NCBI GenBank assembly: GCA_031414595.1 | Contig: JANNVX010000018.1 | Span: 32,001 to 96,000, forward strand | Length of the DNA: 64,000 nt | Origin: Deinococcales bacterium | GTDB taxonomy: Bacteria; Deinococcota; Deinococci; Deinococcales; JAAFIG01 | Direction: 5' to 3' | Part shown: positions 20,719 to 30,378 of the stretch, one piece after another | How positions within the stretch are numbered: the stretch's first letter is position 1 | Layout: every line of letters begins with the position of its first letter | Translations under genes and position numbers: made by a program | Notes under the pieces: model-generated | The model's input: the letters and a program-made list of their open reading frames with translations, nothing else | Told to the model about the DNA's origin: nothing | Database searches by the model: none

Positions 20719-21090
20719 TTACAAGGCTTTCCACTCGAGTTTAATGCTGTAGACATCGCGCAGGGTTTCTTCAAAAGAAACTTTTTCTCTGCCGATTTCA
20801 AGCATAATATCTTTGCCATCTTTGCTGACCGTACCAACGAGGTTTTTAACATCTTCATAAGGCACAGCCACCCAAAGATTAACCTTGGCTAGGGCTGGCA
20901 AACGAGCTTTATCGGCAATTAAGGTTAAGGTTTTTTTGACAATTACCCCTGTGGCATGTTTGACCTTTAAGTCTAGTCCAACCACATCTATACGGCTGGC
21001 TTCGGGTAAATTAGGCACGTTTGGCAATGGTTGAAGTGGCGCGGAAAACGCCAAACCAAACATTAAAAACCAAACCAGAAAATACCTCAT
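20719..21090 (-). CDS. Secreted hypothetical protein
   Basis: Signal peptide MRYFLVWFLMFGLAFSA; TAGATT lies 6 nt upstream of the ATG. Confidence 0.7.
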   Translation of the reverse strand: MRYFLVWFLMFGLAFSAPLQPLPNVPNLPEASRIDVVGLDLKVKHATGVIVKKTLTLIADKARLPALAKVNLWVAVPYEDVKNLVGTVSKDGKDIMLEIGREKVSFEETLRDVYSIKLEWKAL

Positions 21091-21146
21091 CGGTTTAATC
21101 TAACAATTTTTTTACCCAAGAACGGTGGGAATAGTCCTAATGAGTC

Positions 21147-23804
21147 TTAATCATTCGAGTTAATTCTTATCGTAAAAAGAATACTGTCTAACTGATTTGC
21201 TGGCACTGGTTCGGCAAATAAGAATCCCTGGACGGCATCACACTGTAATTCTTGTAAGATTGCCAGTTGCGCCTTGGTTTCTACCCCTTCGGCAACCACC
21301 CGTAAACCAAGGCTCTGGGCTAGTAAGATAATCGCTTTGGCAATGGCTCGGGTTTGGTTTTTATCAATGTCTTTCACAAAACTTTTATCAACTTTTAAGG
21401 CAGATACAGGGAAGCGGTTTAAGTAACTCAAACTCGAATAACCGGTACCAAAGTCATCTATTTGTACCTGCACACCCAAGGCTCGTAGGGCAATTAAATT
21501 CACCTCGGCACTTTCAAGTAAGGCGCTTTCGGTTATTTCAAGGATTAAACGGTGTGGCTCGAGACCGGTTTGTACCAGCACTTGATGAACAGTGCCAACA
21601 AAAGAATCGCTTTCAAATTGCCGACTGGCAACATTGACGCTGATGCTGTACTGGTTTTGCCATTGCTTGGCGGTTTGGCAAGCCCTTAATAGTACCCATG
21701 CGCCAAGTTCGACAATCAAACCACTTTGTTCGGCAATCGGAATAAAAACATCGGGGGCAATAAATTCACCGTCTTTTTGTTGCCAGCGCAATAAGGCTTC
21801 AAAGCCAAGAATTTTTAGATTTTGCGTCTCGAGAATTGCTTGGTAGTACAGTTCTAATTCTTGGTTGCGAATCGCTTGGCGCAAGGCATTTTCTAATTCT
21901 AAGCGCTTATTTAAGCGCACACTCATTTCTTGGTCAAAAAAGGCGATTCTCGAGCGGGTGCTTTTTGCGTGGTACATGGCGGTGTCGGCGGCACTCAAAA
22001 ATTCATCGACTTTGCTAAAGCCACTGTTGGAATCTACGATGCCAATGCTGCCACTGATGTTTAATTGCTGATTGTTGAGCGTAAATGGTAACTCGAGTTG
22101 ACGGATTAAGCGCTCAGCAAGCATGGCAGTGCTGATGCTTTCTAAAGTGGTTTTGTCGGGTTTGCTGCGCCTTTCTGCCAGAATTGCAAATTCGTCGCCC
22201 CCTAAACGCGCCAGTGTATCGCCTTGACGTACCGTGGTTTCTAAGCGCCGAGCGACTTGCAGCAGTAATTCATCGCCAATTAAGTGTCCTAGGCTGTCAT
22301 TGACAATCTTAAAATCGTTTAAGTCAAGAAACATCACCGAAAAAGCATCACCATATCTGCTTTGACGCTGCATTGCCCGTTCGATGTAATCTCTAAATAA
22401 ACCCCTGTTGGCTAAACCAGTTAAAGAATCATACGCTCCACTTCTGCCGGTAATATCGGTCAGCGAACCTGCCATTCGGACAGTTTTGCCATTTTGCCTG
22501 ACGGCTAAACCACGCATTAAAAACCAACGGTATTCTTGGTTGGCACAAAGGTAGCGGGTCTCGAGCGAAAAATGGTCTTGTTCGCCTTTGATGTGTTTCC
22601 AAATTTCTTCGCTGACTCGTTCAAAATCATCGGGGTGGGTCATTTTTTGCCAATTTTTTAGACTGCCAATTGTTTCCACTTCAGGGTAGCCAAGGGCAGC
22701 ATTTAAGCGTGGAGACTGCCGCACAGTGTCATCTAAGAGTTTCCAGTCCCAAAATCCATCGTTAGAACCACGCAATGCCAATTGTAACCGTTCGTCTGCC
22801 TCGAGCAATTCATCGGTTAAATTGACATTGACTTGATTGGCGAGGATTAAGCGCCAGCCGGTTAAAAAAGAAAGAATCCCAATCCCAATAATCAAACCAA
22901 TCTCGACTATTTTTGGCGCGGTTTCATGGTCATTGCTGCTAAAAAACCCTAAGAAAACCACATAGGTCATGACAAAAACCACATATGGAATGGAATTGAC
23001 CAGCCGTACCCAGTATCGCTCGATGGTGCTGCGTGTTTCGGGTAGTAAACTGCTGATTCCAGCCGCCGCGAACAGCCCATAAGCCAAAGAAGCAAATACA
23101 TCTACAAAATGACCTGTTTTGTAGCCGCCATAAGCCCGAGCAATATCTGCCCCTTCGATTAAAATGGCAATGCACAACGTACCCAAACCCAATAACAAAC
23201 CAGTTCTTAGGGCTAAGCGCTGGCTGAGCAAATTGGAAAATACAAACCCAACCAAACCTAAGCCAATAATCGGTGAAAGAATATCAATCACTAAGTTACC
23301 AAAGGGCTGGAATGCGACTTGTTTACCAAGAAAAACCGTCCATAAAATCGCCCCAGAACCAACCATAATAATGGCTGTCTCGAGCAGTAAAGCAGTGCGT
23401 TCAGAACTACCTCGAACCCCATTGTCCAAGTAGGAAACACTAAAAATCATTATAAAAGTAGCCACAAAATAGGCAATCGAAAGCCACGGTGCGTTAGCTG
23501 GTTGCACTCGGAAGACAATTTCAGTTAGACCATACAAAACATCGGCAATAAACCAAGTAAAAACAGCAGTGCTGACTAGATACCAGCCTGTTCGTACTCG
23601 CCCAGCGTGTTGGCTCGAGACCAAAAACAATAAGCCAATGGTTGTCAACGCAGGTGGGAAACGCAACAGTGTTCCCAGTTCTACGGTTGGCGATAGAAGC
23701 AGTAAAATCAGATGCAGCACAACAAAAAATAGAGTTAAAACAATCAATGCCAGCAGCCACTGAGCCATTTGTGACGATGTGTTTTGCCCCAGCCTTTTAA
23801 GCAT
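21147..23804 (-). CDS. Membrane sensor PAS-GGDEF-EAL protein
   Basis: About 9 TM helices, PAS/PAC (GSNDGFWDW...HPDD), GGDEF, EALLRW and DDFGTGYSSL. Confidence 0.92.
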   Translation of the reverse strand: MLKRLGQNTSSQMAQWLLALIVLTLFFVVLHLILLLLSPTVELGTLLRFPPALTTIGLLFLVSSQHAGRVRTGWYLVSTAVFTWFIADVLYGLTEIVFRVQPANAPWLSIAYFVATFIMIFSVSYLDNGVRGSSERTALLLETAIIMVGSGAILWTVFLGKQVAFQPFGNLVIDILSPIIGLGLVGFVFSNLLSQRLALRTGLLLGLGTLCIAILIEGADIARAYGGYKTGHFVDVFASLAYGLFAAAGISSLLPETRSTIERYWVRLVNSIPYVVFVMTYVVFLGFFSSNDHETAPKIVEIGLIIGIGILSFLTGWRLILANQVNVNLTDELLEADERLQLALRGSNDGFWDWKLLDDTVRQSPRLNAALGYPEVETIGSLKNWQKMTHPDDFERVSEEIWKHIKGEQDHFSLETRYLCANQEYRWFLMRGLAVRQNGKTVRMAGSLTDITGRSGAYDSLTGLANRGLFRDYIERAMQRQSRYGDAFSVMFLDLNDFKIVNDSLGHLIGDELLLQVARRLETTVRQGDTLARLGGDEFAILAERRSKPDKTTLESISTAMLAERLIRQLELPFTLNNQQLNISGSIGIVDSNSGFSKVDEFLSAADTAMYHAKSTRSRIAFFDQEMSVRLNKRLELENALRQAIRNQELELYYQAILETQNLKILGFEALLRWQQKDGEFIAPDVFIPIAEQSGLIVELGAWVLLRACQTAKQWQNQYSISVNVASRQFESDSFVGTVHQVLVQTGLEPHRLILEITESALLESAEVNLIALRALGVQVQIDDFGTGYSSLSYLNRFPVSALKVDKSFVKDIDKNQTRAIAKAIILLAQSLGLRVVAEGVETKAQLAILQELQCDAVQGFLFAEPVPANQLDSILFTIRINSND

Positions 23805-23890
23805 CTAAAGCCAGTGTAATACTTTTTTGGCTCTTAAACCTGTAATCCTGCGCTTGATTGTGATGGTGCGTTAGACGTTAGACTGCTTCT

Positions 23891-24898
23891 ATGAGCCTTT
23901 CCGCCCGTAAACTCAAACATATTCAAGTTTGTCTCGAGTACCCTGTGCAATTTAGTACCAAGACCACCGGTTTTGAAACACTACCTTGGGCGTACCAAGC
24001 CCTGCCAGAACTTAGACTCGAGGATGTCAAACTCGAGACTACTTTTTTGGGTAAACCGCTTAAAGCCCCGTTGCTAATAGGAGCAATGACTGGCGGAGCG
24101 GACTTGGCTGGTACAATCAATAAAAATTTAGCCATAGCCGCCGAAACCTTGGGGCTTGGTTTAATGCTCGGTTCGCAACGGGTGATGCTCGAGAACGAAA
24201 GTGCAAGGGCAAGTTTTGCGGTACGTCAATATGCACCAAAGGCGCTTTTGATTGGTAATCTTGGTGTAGCCCAATTCAAAAAAGGCTACGGCAGCCCTGA
24301 AGCTACAAAAGCCATCGAACTGATTGGGGCAGATGCGATAGCCTTTCATACCAACCCATTGCAAGAAGCCTTGCAGATTGGTGGCGATACCGATTTTTTG
24401 GGTTTACTCGAGCGGTTAGCAGAAATTGTGCCAGATGTGGGTTATCCAGTGATGCTTAAAGAAGTCGGGCATGGTATTTCGGGTAGCGTGGCTAAGTTGG
24501 TCAAAGACATTGGTTTTGCGGCGCTCGATGTGGCTGGGGCTGGTGGGACTTCATGGGCGAAAGTCGAAGATTTTGCCCATCATGGTAAATTGATGCACCC
24601 AGATATTTGTGAAATTGGTATTCCCACCTTAGAAGCCCTCGAGCAGTGCCGCATAGCCTTACCAGAGATGCCCTTAGTGGCTTCTGGGGGTATTCGCTCT
24701 GGTTTGGAGATTGCCAAAGCCCTAGTGAATGGGGCAAGTGTTTGTGCAACTGCCATGCCATTGTTAGAACCCGCGACCAGAAGCCCTGAAGCTGTTATGG
24801 AAGTTCTCGAGAAGATGATTTATGAACTTCGCGTGGCTTTTTTTGTGGCTGGAATTGCCAATCTAAAGGCACTTAAAAACCAATTGTTTGGCGCTTAA
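23891..24898 (+). CDS. fni: Type 2 isopentenyl-diphosphate delta-isomerase
   Basis: RKLKHI, GAMTGG, LGSQR, NPLQE, KEVGHG and AGAGGTSW motifs; TAGACT lies 6 nt upstream. Confidence 0.93.
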   Translation: MSLSARKLKHIQVCLEYPVQFSTKTTGFETLPWAYQALPELRLEDVKLETTFLGKPLKAPLLIGAMTGGADLAGTINKNLAIAAETLGLGLMLGSQRVMLENESARASFAVRQYAPKALLIGNLGVAQFKKGYGSPEATKAIELIGADAIAFHTNPLQEALQIGGDTDFLGLLERLAEIVPDVGYPVMLKEVGHGISGSVAKLVKDIGFAALDVAGAGGTSWAKVEDFAHHGKLMHPDICEIGIPTLEALEQCRIALPEMPLVASGGIRSGLEIAKALVNGASVCATAMPLLEPATRSPEAVMEVLEKMIYELRVAFFVAGIANLKALKNQLFGA

Positions 24899-25704
24899 GT
24901 TGTTTGAGTTTCGGGTTGTTGTGGCTCGAGCGATTCCCATAAGGTATCATCAAACAATTGGGCTTTTTCGCCAAAGTCCTTGGTTAAGCCGCGCTGTACA
25001 AGGTAATACGCCAGTCCAAAAGCCGCAAAACTTGCCAGCGTACTTGGTAAATACAACACGCCATTGGCTTTGGCAACCATGGCGTTAAAGTCTTTTGTGC
25101 CAAATTTTGCGGTCACGATATTAAAATTAACCACAAAATTTATGACTGCCATGATGATACTTTCAATACCAATAGCCGCCGTGCCTTGAAACAATCCGCG
25201 TTTGACATTGGGCGCACTTAGTAATTTCTCGAGCAGAGGCTTGCGTTCTTCGGTCATATCCTGCATCGCAACCCGCAGAAATACAGCAAAAAAAGGTTTG
25301 CCCAGCGCAAGACTGCCGAGCATGATGACTGCAAAGACTATTGGGCGATACGAGTCTTTTAAGGCAAATTGCCAACCATCTATTTGTAAAAATGCTAACC
25401 CTCCACCAATTAAGGCACTCGAGGCGGCAACGGTGGTGATGGGGTTAAAGACCCGTGTTCGCAGTGTGTCTATTAAAATGTAAGCCACGGGTATTAGGGC
25501 TGCAATCACATAAGCCAGAACTGTGCCAATCAGGTCAGAAACCCCAAATCCAACTGCTTTGCCATCTTGTAATTCTGAGCCTAAAAAATGGATTCCACCC
25601 AGCGATAAACTTGGGGAAAGAATAGAAATAGGGATTAAAAGCGTAAAAATTAAATCCCAAACGATTTTTGGGAATCCAGCCGATTTTTTGGTAGTTGAAG
25701 CCAT
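24895..25704 (-). CDS. VC0807-like membrane protein
   Basis: DLIFTLLIPISIL start and several TM segments; TAAGCT lies 6 nt upstream. Confidence 0.7.
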   Translation of the reverse strand: MASTTKKSAGFPKIVWDLIFTLLIPISILSPSLSLGGIHFLGSELQDGKAVGFGVSDLIGTVLAYVIAALIPVAYILIDTLRTRVFNPITTVAASSALIGGGLAFLQIDGWQFALKDSYRPIVFAVIMLGSLALGKPFFAVFLRVAMQDMTEERKPLLEKLLSAPNVKRGLFQGTAAIGIESIIMAVINFVVNFNIVTAKFGTKDFNAMVAKANGVLYLPSTLASFAAFGLAYYLVQRGLTKDFGEKAQLFDDTLWESLEPQQPETQTT

Positions 25705-25724
25705 GACGTTAGCTTAACTCGAGG

Positions 25725-25779
25725 GAAGGCAAAAGGCGAAAGGCAAAGGTTCTACTTTCGCCCTTTGCCCTTTGCCTTC
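25725..25779 (-). terminator. Long hairpin built from heptamer repeats, downstream of ldrP
   Basis: GAAGGCAAAAGGCGAAAGGCAAAGG ... CTTTCGCCCTTTGCCCTTTGCCTTC; several arm mismatches become G-U pairs on the minus strand. Confidence 0.55.
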
Positions 25780-25780
25780 T

Positions 25781-26410
25781 TCACCTCTCGTTTTCGTCAA
25801 GGTCGGAGTGTTGTGCCATACGCTCTAAGGCAGCTTTGCTGAGCAAGGTAATGCGGCGGTAGCCACTTTGCAACAAGCCTTCTGAGCGCAGTTCGGTGAT
25901 GATTTTGGAGACACTTTCACGGGTGCTGCTGGTGCCTTCGGCAATCAGTTCGTGGGTGGCACGGACATACATGCGGTTGTTATCGTCCAAGCCGCCAAGC
26001 GGGGTTTGGGCAAGTTGCAATAAGTAACGGGCAACCCGTTGACGTAAATCACCAATTTGTAAGTGGTATTCGTATGCCATGACCCGTTGCAGTTGGTCAG
26101 ATAAGCTGCGTGTGACCACGCCAAGGCTATCGCCAGTGATGCTTTGTGGGTCTACGGGGACAAGGGTTGCGTCGGTTAGGGCTTCGACTTGATGATCGCG
26201 CCATTGCTTATTGAGTGCTTCTTCACCAAAGTAATCGCCGGGCAGCACATGGCGCACGGTCAGAACCCGTCCTTTTGGGGTCAGTTTAGCAATGCGTATT
26301 AAGCCACTTTCGACCCGAAATAACGACAAAGCTGGGTCGCCTTCGTAGTAGACAGTTTGTCCACGGCGGTAACGCATTTGGTGTGGGCGGTTCATTCCGA
26401 CATTCATCAT
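25781..26410 (-). CDS. ldrP: Crp/Fnr-family regulator LdrP-like
   Basis: cNMP-binding fold and HTH (ATHELIAEGTSSTRESVSK); clustered with carH; AAGGAG RBS before the ATG at 26410. Confidence 0.8.
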   Translation of the reverse strand: MMNVGMNRPHQMRYRRGQTVYYEGDPALSLFRVESGLIRIAKLTPKGRVLTVRHVLPGDYFGEEALNKQWRDHQVEALTDATLVPVDPQSITGDSLGVVTRSLSDQLQRVMAYEYHLQIGDLRQRVARYLLQLAQTPLGGLDDNNRMYVRATHELIAEGTSSTRESVSKIITELRSEGLLQSGYRRITLLSKAALERMAQHSDLDENER

Positions 26411-26459
26411 AAAATACTCCTTACATTCGTTCTTTGCGTCGAATGCGCCGCCATAAGTT

Positions 26460-28025
26460 CTAAGTAGATAATGTTGCACTAGATTGATGATTTGCCGTTA
26501 AAAACCGATTTGCGGTACGGGCAGCGTTAAAACCACTGACCGCCACGCCGAGTGTGCCTTGTCCGGGGAAAACAGTCTCGCCAGCCAGTAACAAGCCAGC
26601 CAAACCAGTTGTGTGATGCAGCGCCTTAAAATTTGCGCTGTGAGGCATTTGTGGGATGCCACCAACCCTTCCGAGGCTATGCAAGGTAAAACGCTCAAAG
26701 GTACGGGGCGTTCCGCTTTCTAAAAGCACAATTGCGTCGGAAAAACCGGGGAATAGAGTCTCGAGGCGTTGTAAAATCTTGTACTCGAGATTTTGTTTTT
26801 GGTCACGGTAGGCATCTTGGCTCAAGTTAAAAAATTGTTCGGGCTTGACATGGGTCGAAATGGTCAGGCTGCGGTAGCCTTCGGGCGCACGTAAACGGTC
26901 GTCGCGGCTCGAGATAGAAACTAAAAAATTTTGGGTTAAGCCGCTTTGGTCATAATCGGTGATTTGTTCAAATAACAGTGTGTTTTTTGGTAAAACTTTT
27001 TCGTTAATCCCAATGTAAAGCGTAAATGCTCCCCAAATTTCGGGCATGTCCTTTAATTTTTCTTCGATGGATTCTAATTTGTGGTCTTGTAGCAGATTAA
27101 GGGTGTCTTGAACTGGGGCGGTGGAAATCACCACGGGTGATAAAAAGTTGCGCCCATGGGTTTCGACCCCTTTAGTTTGACTCCTTTCCACTATTAATTT
27201 TCTGGCTCGAGTCGCATAATGCACTTGTCCGCCATGGTTGTTGATGTATTGGGCTAAATCCTCGGCAATACTGGCTAATCCGCCCGGGACATACTGAGCG
27301 CCAAATCGGTAAACCTCGAGCGCATATGCGCCGTTTGGCAAGGCGCAGTGATTGGAAATGCACTGCATCGAATCGAGCAACTGACCATCTATAAAGGCTT
27401 TGTGGGCTGGGTCGGTAATCTTGTGCTTCTCGAGCAGATGACCGACGGTGTTATTTAAGTTCAGCAGCACTTTAAGTACACCTGGGTGAATTCCTTGGGC
27501 AGTATCCCAGACATCTTGTAAACTTTTCCAAGGCATACTTGGGAAGCGCTTGGCAGCGTGGTGCATTGTGTCGGCTAGGGCTTGGATTTCTGACCAAAAG
27601 GCTTGTTTTTGTTTTTCTTGCCCGGGGAAGGCGCGTGACAGTTCGTTTTTCCAGCCTGCTCGAGTGCCACTGACTTGTACTTGGCGCTCACCAAGGTGCA
27701 AACGCATCACGGGGTCAAGGTTTGGTAATTGGCGCGTAATGCCGAGTTGCTGATGAATGTTTTGCAAAATTCCATTTGGCTCGAGTCCAGCGCAGACGGT
27801 CGCACCAACCGCAAACGAGAACTTGCCAAGCGCATGGTGGCGTTCATAGCGTGCTGCACAACCACCGGGGTGAATATCGCGCTCGAGAATCCGCACTTTA
27901 CGCCCACGTTTTGCCAGTAACGCCCCAGCCACAAGCCCCGCAAAGCCAGCCCCGATAATCGTCACATCGGCGTGGAGGTCTTGGCGGTAAACTTTTGGTC
28001 GGGCAGTCTCGAGGGCTTGGGTCAT
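26460..28025 (-). CDS. Phytoene desaturase-family FAD oxidoreductase (carotenoid desaturase, CrtD/CruD-like)
   Basis: IIGAGFAGL...LERDIHPGG, GTPRTFERFT and GETVFPGQGT motifs. Confidence 0.82.
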   Translation of the reverse strand: MTQALETARPKVYRQDLHADVTIIGAGFAGLVAGALLAKRGRKVRILERDIHPGGCAARYERHHALGKFSFAVGATVCAGLEPNGILQNIHQQLGITRQLPNLDPVMRLHLGERQVQVSGTRAGWKNELSRAFPGQEKQKQAFWSEIQALADTMHHAAKRFPSMPWKSLQDVWDTAQGIHPGVLKVLLNLNNTVGHLLEKHKITDPAHKAFIDGQLLDSMQCISNHCALPNGAYALEVYRFGAQYVPGGLASIAEDLAQYINNHGGQVHYATRARKLIVERSQTKGVETHGRNFLSPVVISTAPVQDTLNLLQDHKLESIEEKLKDMPEIWGAFTLYIGINEKVLPKNTLLFEQITDYDQSGLTQNFLVSISSRDDRLRAPEGYRSLTISTHVKPEQFFNLSQDAYRDQKQNLEYKILQRLETLFPGFSDAIVLLESGTPRTFERFTLHSLGRVGGIPQMPHSANFKALHHTTGLAGLLLAGETVFPGQGTLGVAVSGFNAARTANRFLTANHQSSATLST

Positions 28026-28957
28026 GCTTGGAACCCCTTTTGGGCGGCTTCAAGAACTTCTAAAAGATAATCGCGGGCTTGTTCGGCGTTGTTGCCAACG
28101 TAAATACCACCGAGTTCTTGGGCTAGACTTGGGCGTTCGTTAAAGACCCGTCCGCCAAAGACAAGGGTTGGCACAACTTCTTGCAATAAATGAATTTGGG
28201 GGCGTATTGCATCTACGTTTTCGGCAGAGCCAACCGAGAGCATCACGGCGGTGGCGCGGACTTGCCTCGAGAAACGGGCTAAATCCACAATTGGCATATT
28301 TGCCCCCAAGTAATGGGTGCGGATTCCAGCCCGACGCAAAAAAATACCAATCGCCAGTGCGCCAATTTCATGGTACTCGTTTGGTCCACAAGCAATCACC
28401 GCCACAGGTCCGCCCCTTGGACTGCCCGCCATTTCAAAGAGTTGTAACATTCGCCCTTTGATAAAACTGGTGGCTTGGTGTTCGTGGGCAATCGTAATTT
28501 CGCCGCGATGCCATTTTTCGCCAATTTCGATGAGGGATGGTTGAATAATGTTTAAGACCACATCCTCCACAGGCATGGTGGCATGACCTTGGGCAAGGAC
28601 TTTTTCGGCTTTGGTCATATCGCCCTCTAAAGTTGCTAGTACCATGGCTTCGACCAACTGACTGGCGGGCATGGCTCGAGGGTGGACCCGTTCTTGGTTG
28701 TTTTGGGCTTTTGGGGCATCGCGCCATAACTGGGTGGCACGCGAAACGGGAATACCATCAAGGATATGGTTTTTGATAAATTCGATACATTCAACATCCA
28801 AAGGGCTGTACATACGGTAGCCACTCGGGGTGCGTTCTGGACTAGGGATACCATAGCGCCGTTCCCACTGCCGCAAGGTGGTTGCGGGTACGCTTGTGCG
28901 AGTTTCGACTTCGCTAGCGGTGAATAGGGGAGTGGTGTCTACAGTTTGACTGGTCAT
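28022..28957 (-). CDS. carH: B12-dependent photoreceptor/repressor CarH (LitR)
   Basis: MerR HTH (TLRQWERRYG), W-x9-EH (WHRGEITIAHEH) and ExH cobalamin motif (NEYHEIGA). Confidence 0.9.
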   Translation of the reverse strand: MTSQTVDTTPLFTASEVETRTSVPATTLRQWERRYGIPSPERTPSGYRMYSPLDVECIEFIKNHILDGIPVSRATQLWRDAPKAQNNQERVHPRAMPASQLVEAMVLATLEGDMTKAEKVLAQGHATMPVEDVVLNIIQPSLIEIGEKWHRGEITIAHEHQATSFIKGRMLQLFEMAGSPRGGPVAVIACGPNEYHEIGALAIGIFLRRAGIRTHYLGANMPIVDLARFSRQVRATAVMLSVGSAENVDAIRPQIHLLQEVVPTLVFGGRVFNERPSLAQELGGIYVGNNAEQARDYLLEVLEAAQKGFQA

Positions 28958-28973
28958 GGTTTCCTTTTGAAGA

Positions 28974-29036
28974 CTTGTGCAACCTTGTACGAACTTTGAA
29001 CAAGGTTAGTATCGTACAAGGTTTGTCAAATGTCAA
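28974..29036 (-). promoter_or_regulatory. Promoter with CarH-type direct repeats
   Basis: Minus strand: TTGACA-17 nt-GATACT, overlapped and followed by TGACA/TGTAC/TGTTCA/CGTACA/TGCACA units about 10-11 nt apart. Confidence 0.55.
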
Positions 29037-29636
29037 GGGCAGAGCCTTACTGAAAGATATTCTATCTATAACGAACTATTTTAGGTTTTATGAAAATGTT
29101 TTGATAGAACCTGTTTTGCAAAAATTAGTTTCAAGATACAATTCGTAGGTTATCTTGAATACCACTGTCTAAGGTTATCGCCTTTTGAATAAGGTTGGTA
29201 AGCCAAACTTAGATTTTCTTGTGCTTGGCGCTTCAATAGGTTTATACAATTTCTCGAGCCTCTAAAAATTGAAAATATGCTGTTTAGAAAGATGTATTTT
29301 CTAAAAATTAAGAATTTTACTAAACTTAAATTGTAAACTAATCTACAGAATAATGAAAAAATTAGGTTTGATGAATAAGACATTTGAAGTGAGCAAATCT
29401 TGCTATTTCGAGTTTAGAGTAAGTCAAGCTACAATTGAAATAAAATCTAAGATGCAAATACATTTCAAAGAATTACTTGCGGGTCATGCGGTTTGCACAA
29501 AAACTTTAGATATGCTCAAAAATTAAGTTCAGAACGAAAAGCAAAGAACTAGAAGCTACATAAATAATCCCAGTCTCGAGAAATTTAGTGTGGATAGGTG
29601 CTGTCTTTGTACCAAGAGCCATGTAAACTGTTTTCA

Positions 29637-30374
29637 ATGACCATCGTCAATAAAATGCCTAAAAATGCCAGTTACACCCTTGCCCAAAGCAGTAACTTCT
29701 TGCCTTTGACTGCCCAAATGTATGACTTATGGCGCGAACGATCTTTGAGTCTACTGACCCAAGAAAATTATTCTCTGCAACGAGAATTTGCCTTGCTGCG
29801 CGAATGGATGCAGGTGCAAGCCGAACAGACTTTTTTGGACATTGGCACAAGCACAGGTAATTATGCACGGGTTCTTGCCCAAGCAGGCGGTATGGTAACA
29901 GCCATAGACATCTCAAAACCGATGCTTGAAAAAGCCGTGGCTCGAGGCAACAACCAAAATATCAGCTATGAACACGCCAACGTCGAATACTTACCGTACC
30001 CAGACCAAAGTTTTGATGGCGTTGTGGTTGGCGCAAGCCTGAACGAATTCCATGACACCAAACGCGCCCTAGAACAAATGGCTCGAGTGCTAAAACCAAA
30101 TGGCAAACTTTTTATGATGTATTTATGCCAGTCAGACACCAGCTTTGGACGATTTGTCCAAGCCCCGTTTAAGCTCAGTGGGGTGCGTTTCCCTAACCGA
30201 ACTTGGATTGCCCAGACCCTTAGCCAACTTGGACTGCAAGCCACTCGAGCCGAAGTGCGCCGCGCCGTGGCGATAGAAATGTACACCAAGACCGAGTTAA
30301 ATTCTGAGCAGCCCCAAGCAGACCGCCCCTTGGCTCGAGCCGCCGGAAAACCTGCTCGAGAACCGATTGCTTAA
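29637..30374 (+). CDS. Class I SAM-dependent methyltransferase (UbiE-like)
   Basis: FLDIGTSTG, AIDIS, LPYPDQSFD and RVLKPNG motifs; start at ATG 29637 (TAAACT 7 nt upstream). Confidence 0.85.
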   Translation: MTIVNKMPKNASYTLAQSSNFLPLTAQMYDLWRERSLSLLTQENYSLQREFALLREWMQVQAEQTFLDIGTSTGNYARVLAQAGGMVTAIDISKPMLEKAVARGNNQNISYEHANVEYLPYPDQSFDGVVVGASLNEFHDTKRALEQMARVLKPNGKLFMMYLCQSDTSFGRFVQAPFKLSGVRFPNRTWIAQTLSQLGLQATRAEVRRAVAIEMYTKTELNSEQPQADRPLARAAGKPAREPIA

Positions 30375-30378
30375 GCAA

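Noticed and set aside
29104-29125. TAGAACCTGTTTTGCAAA, resembling an IS5-family end
   Set aside because: No matching inverted partner, target duplication or transposase remnant was found nearby.
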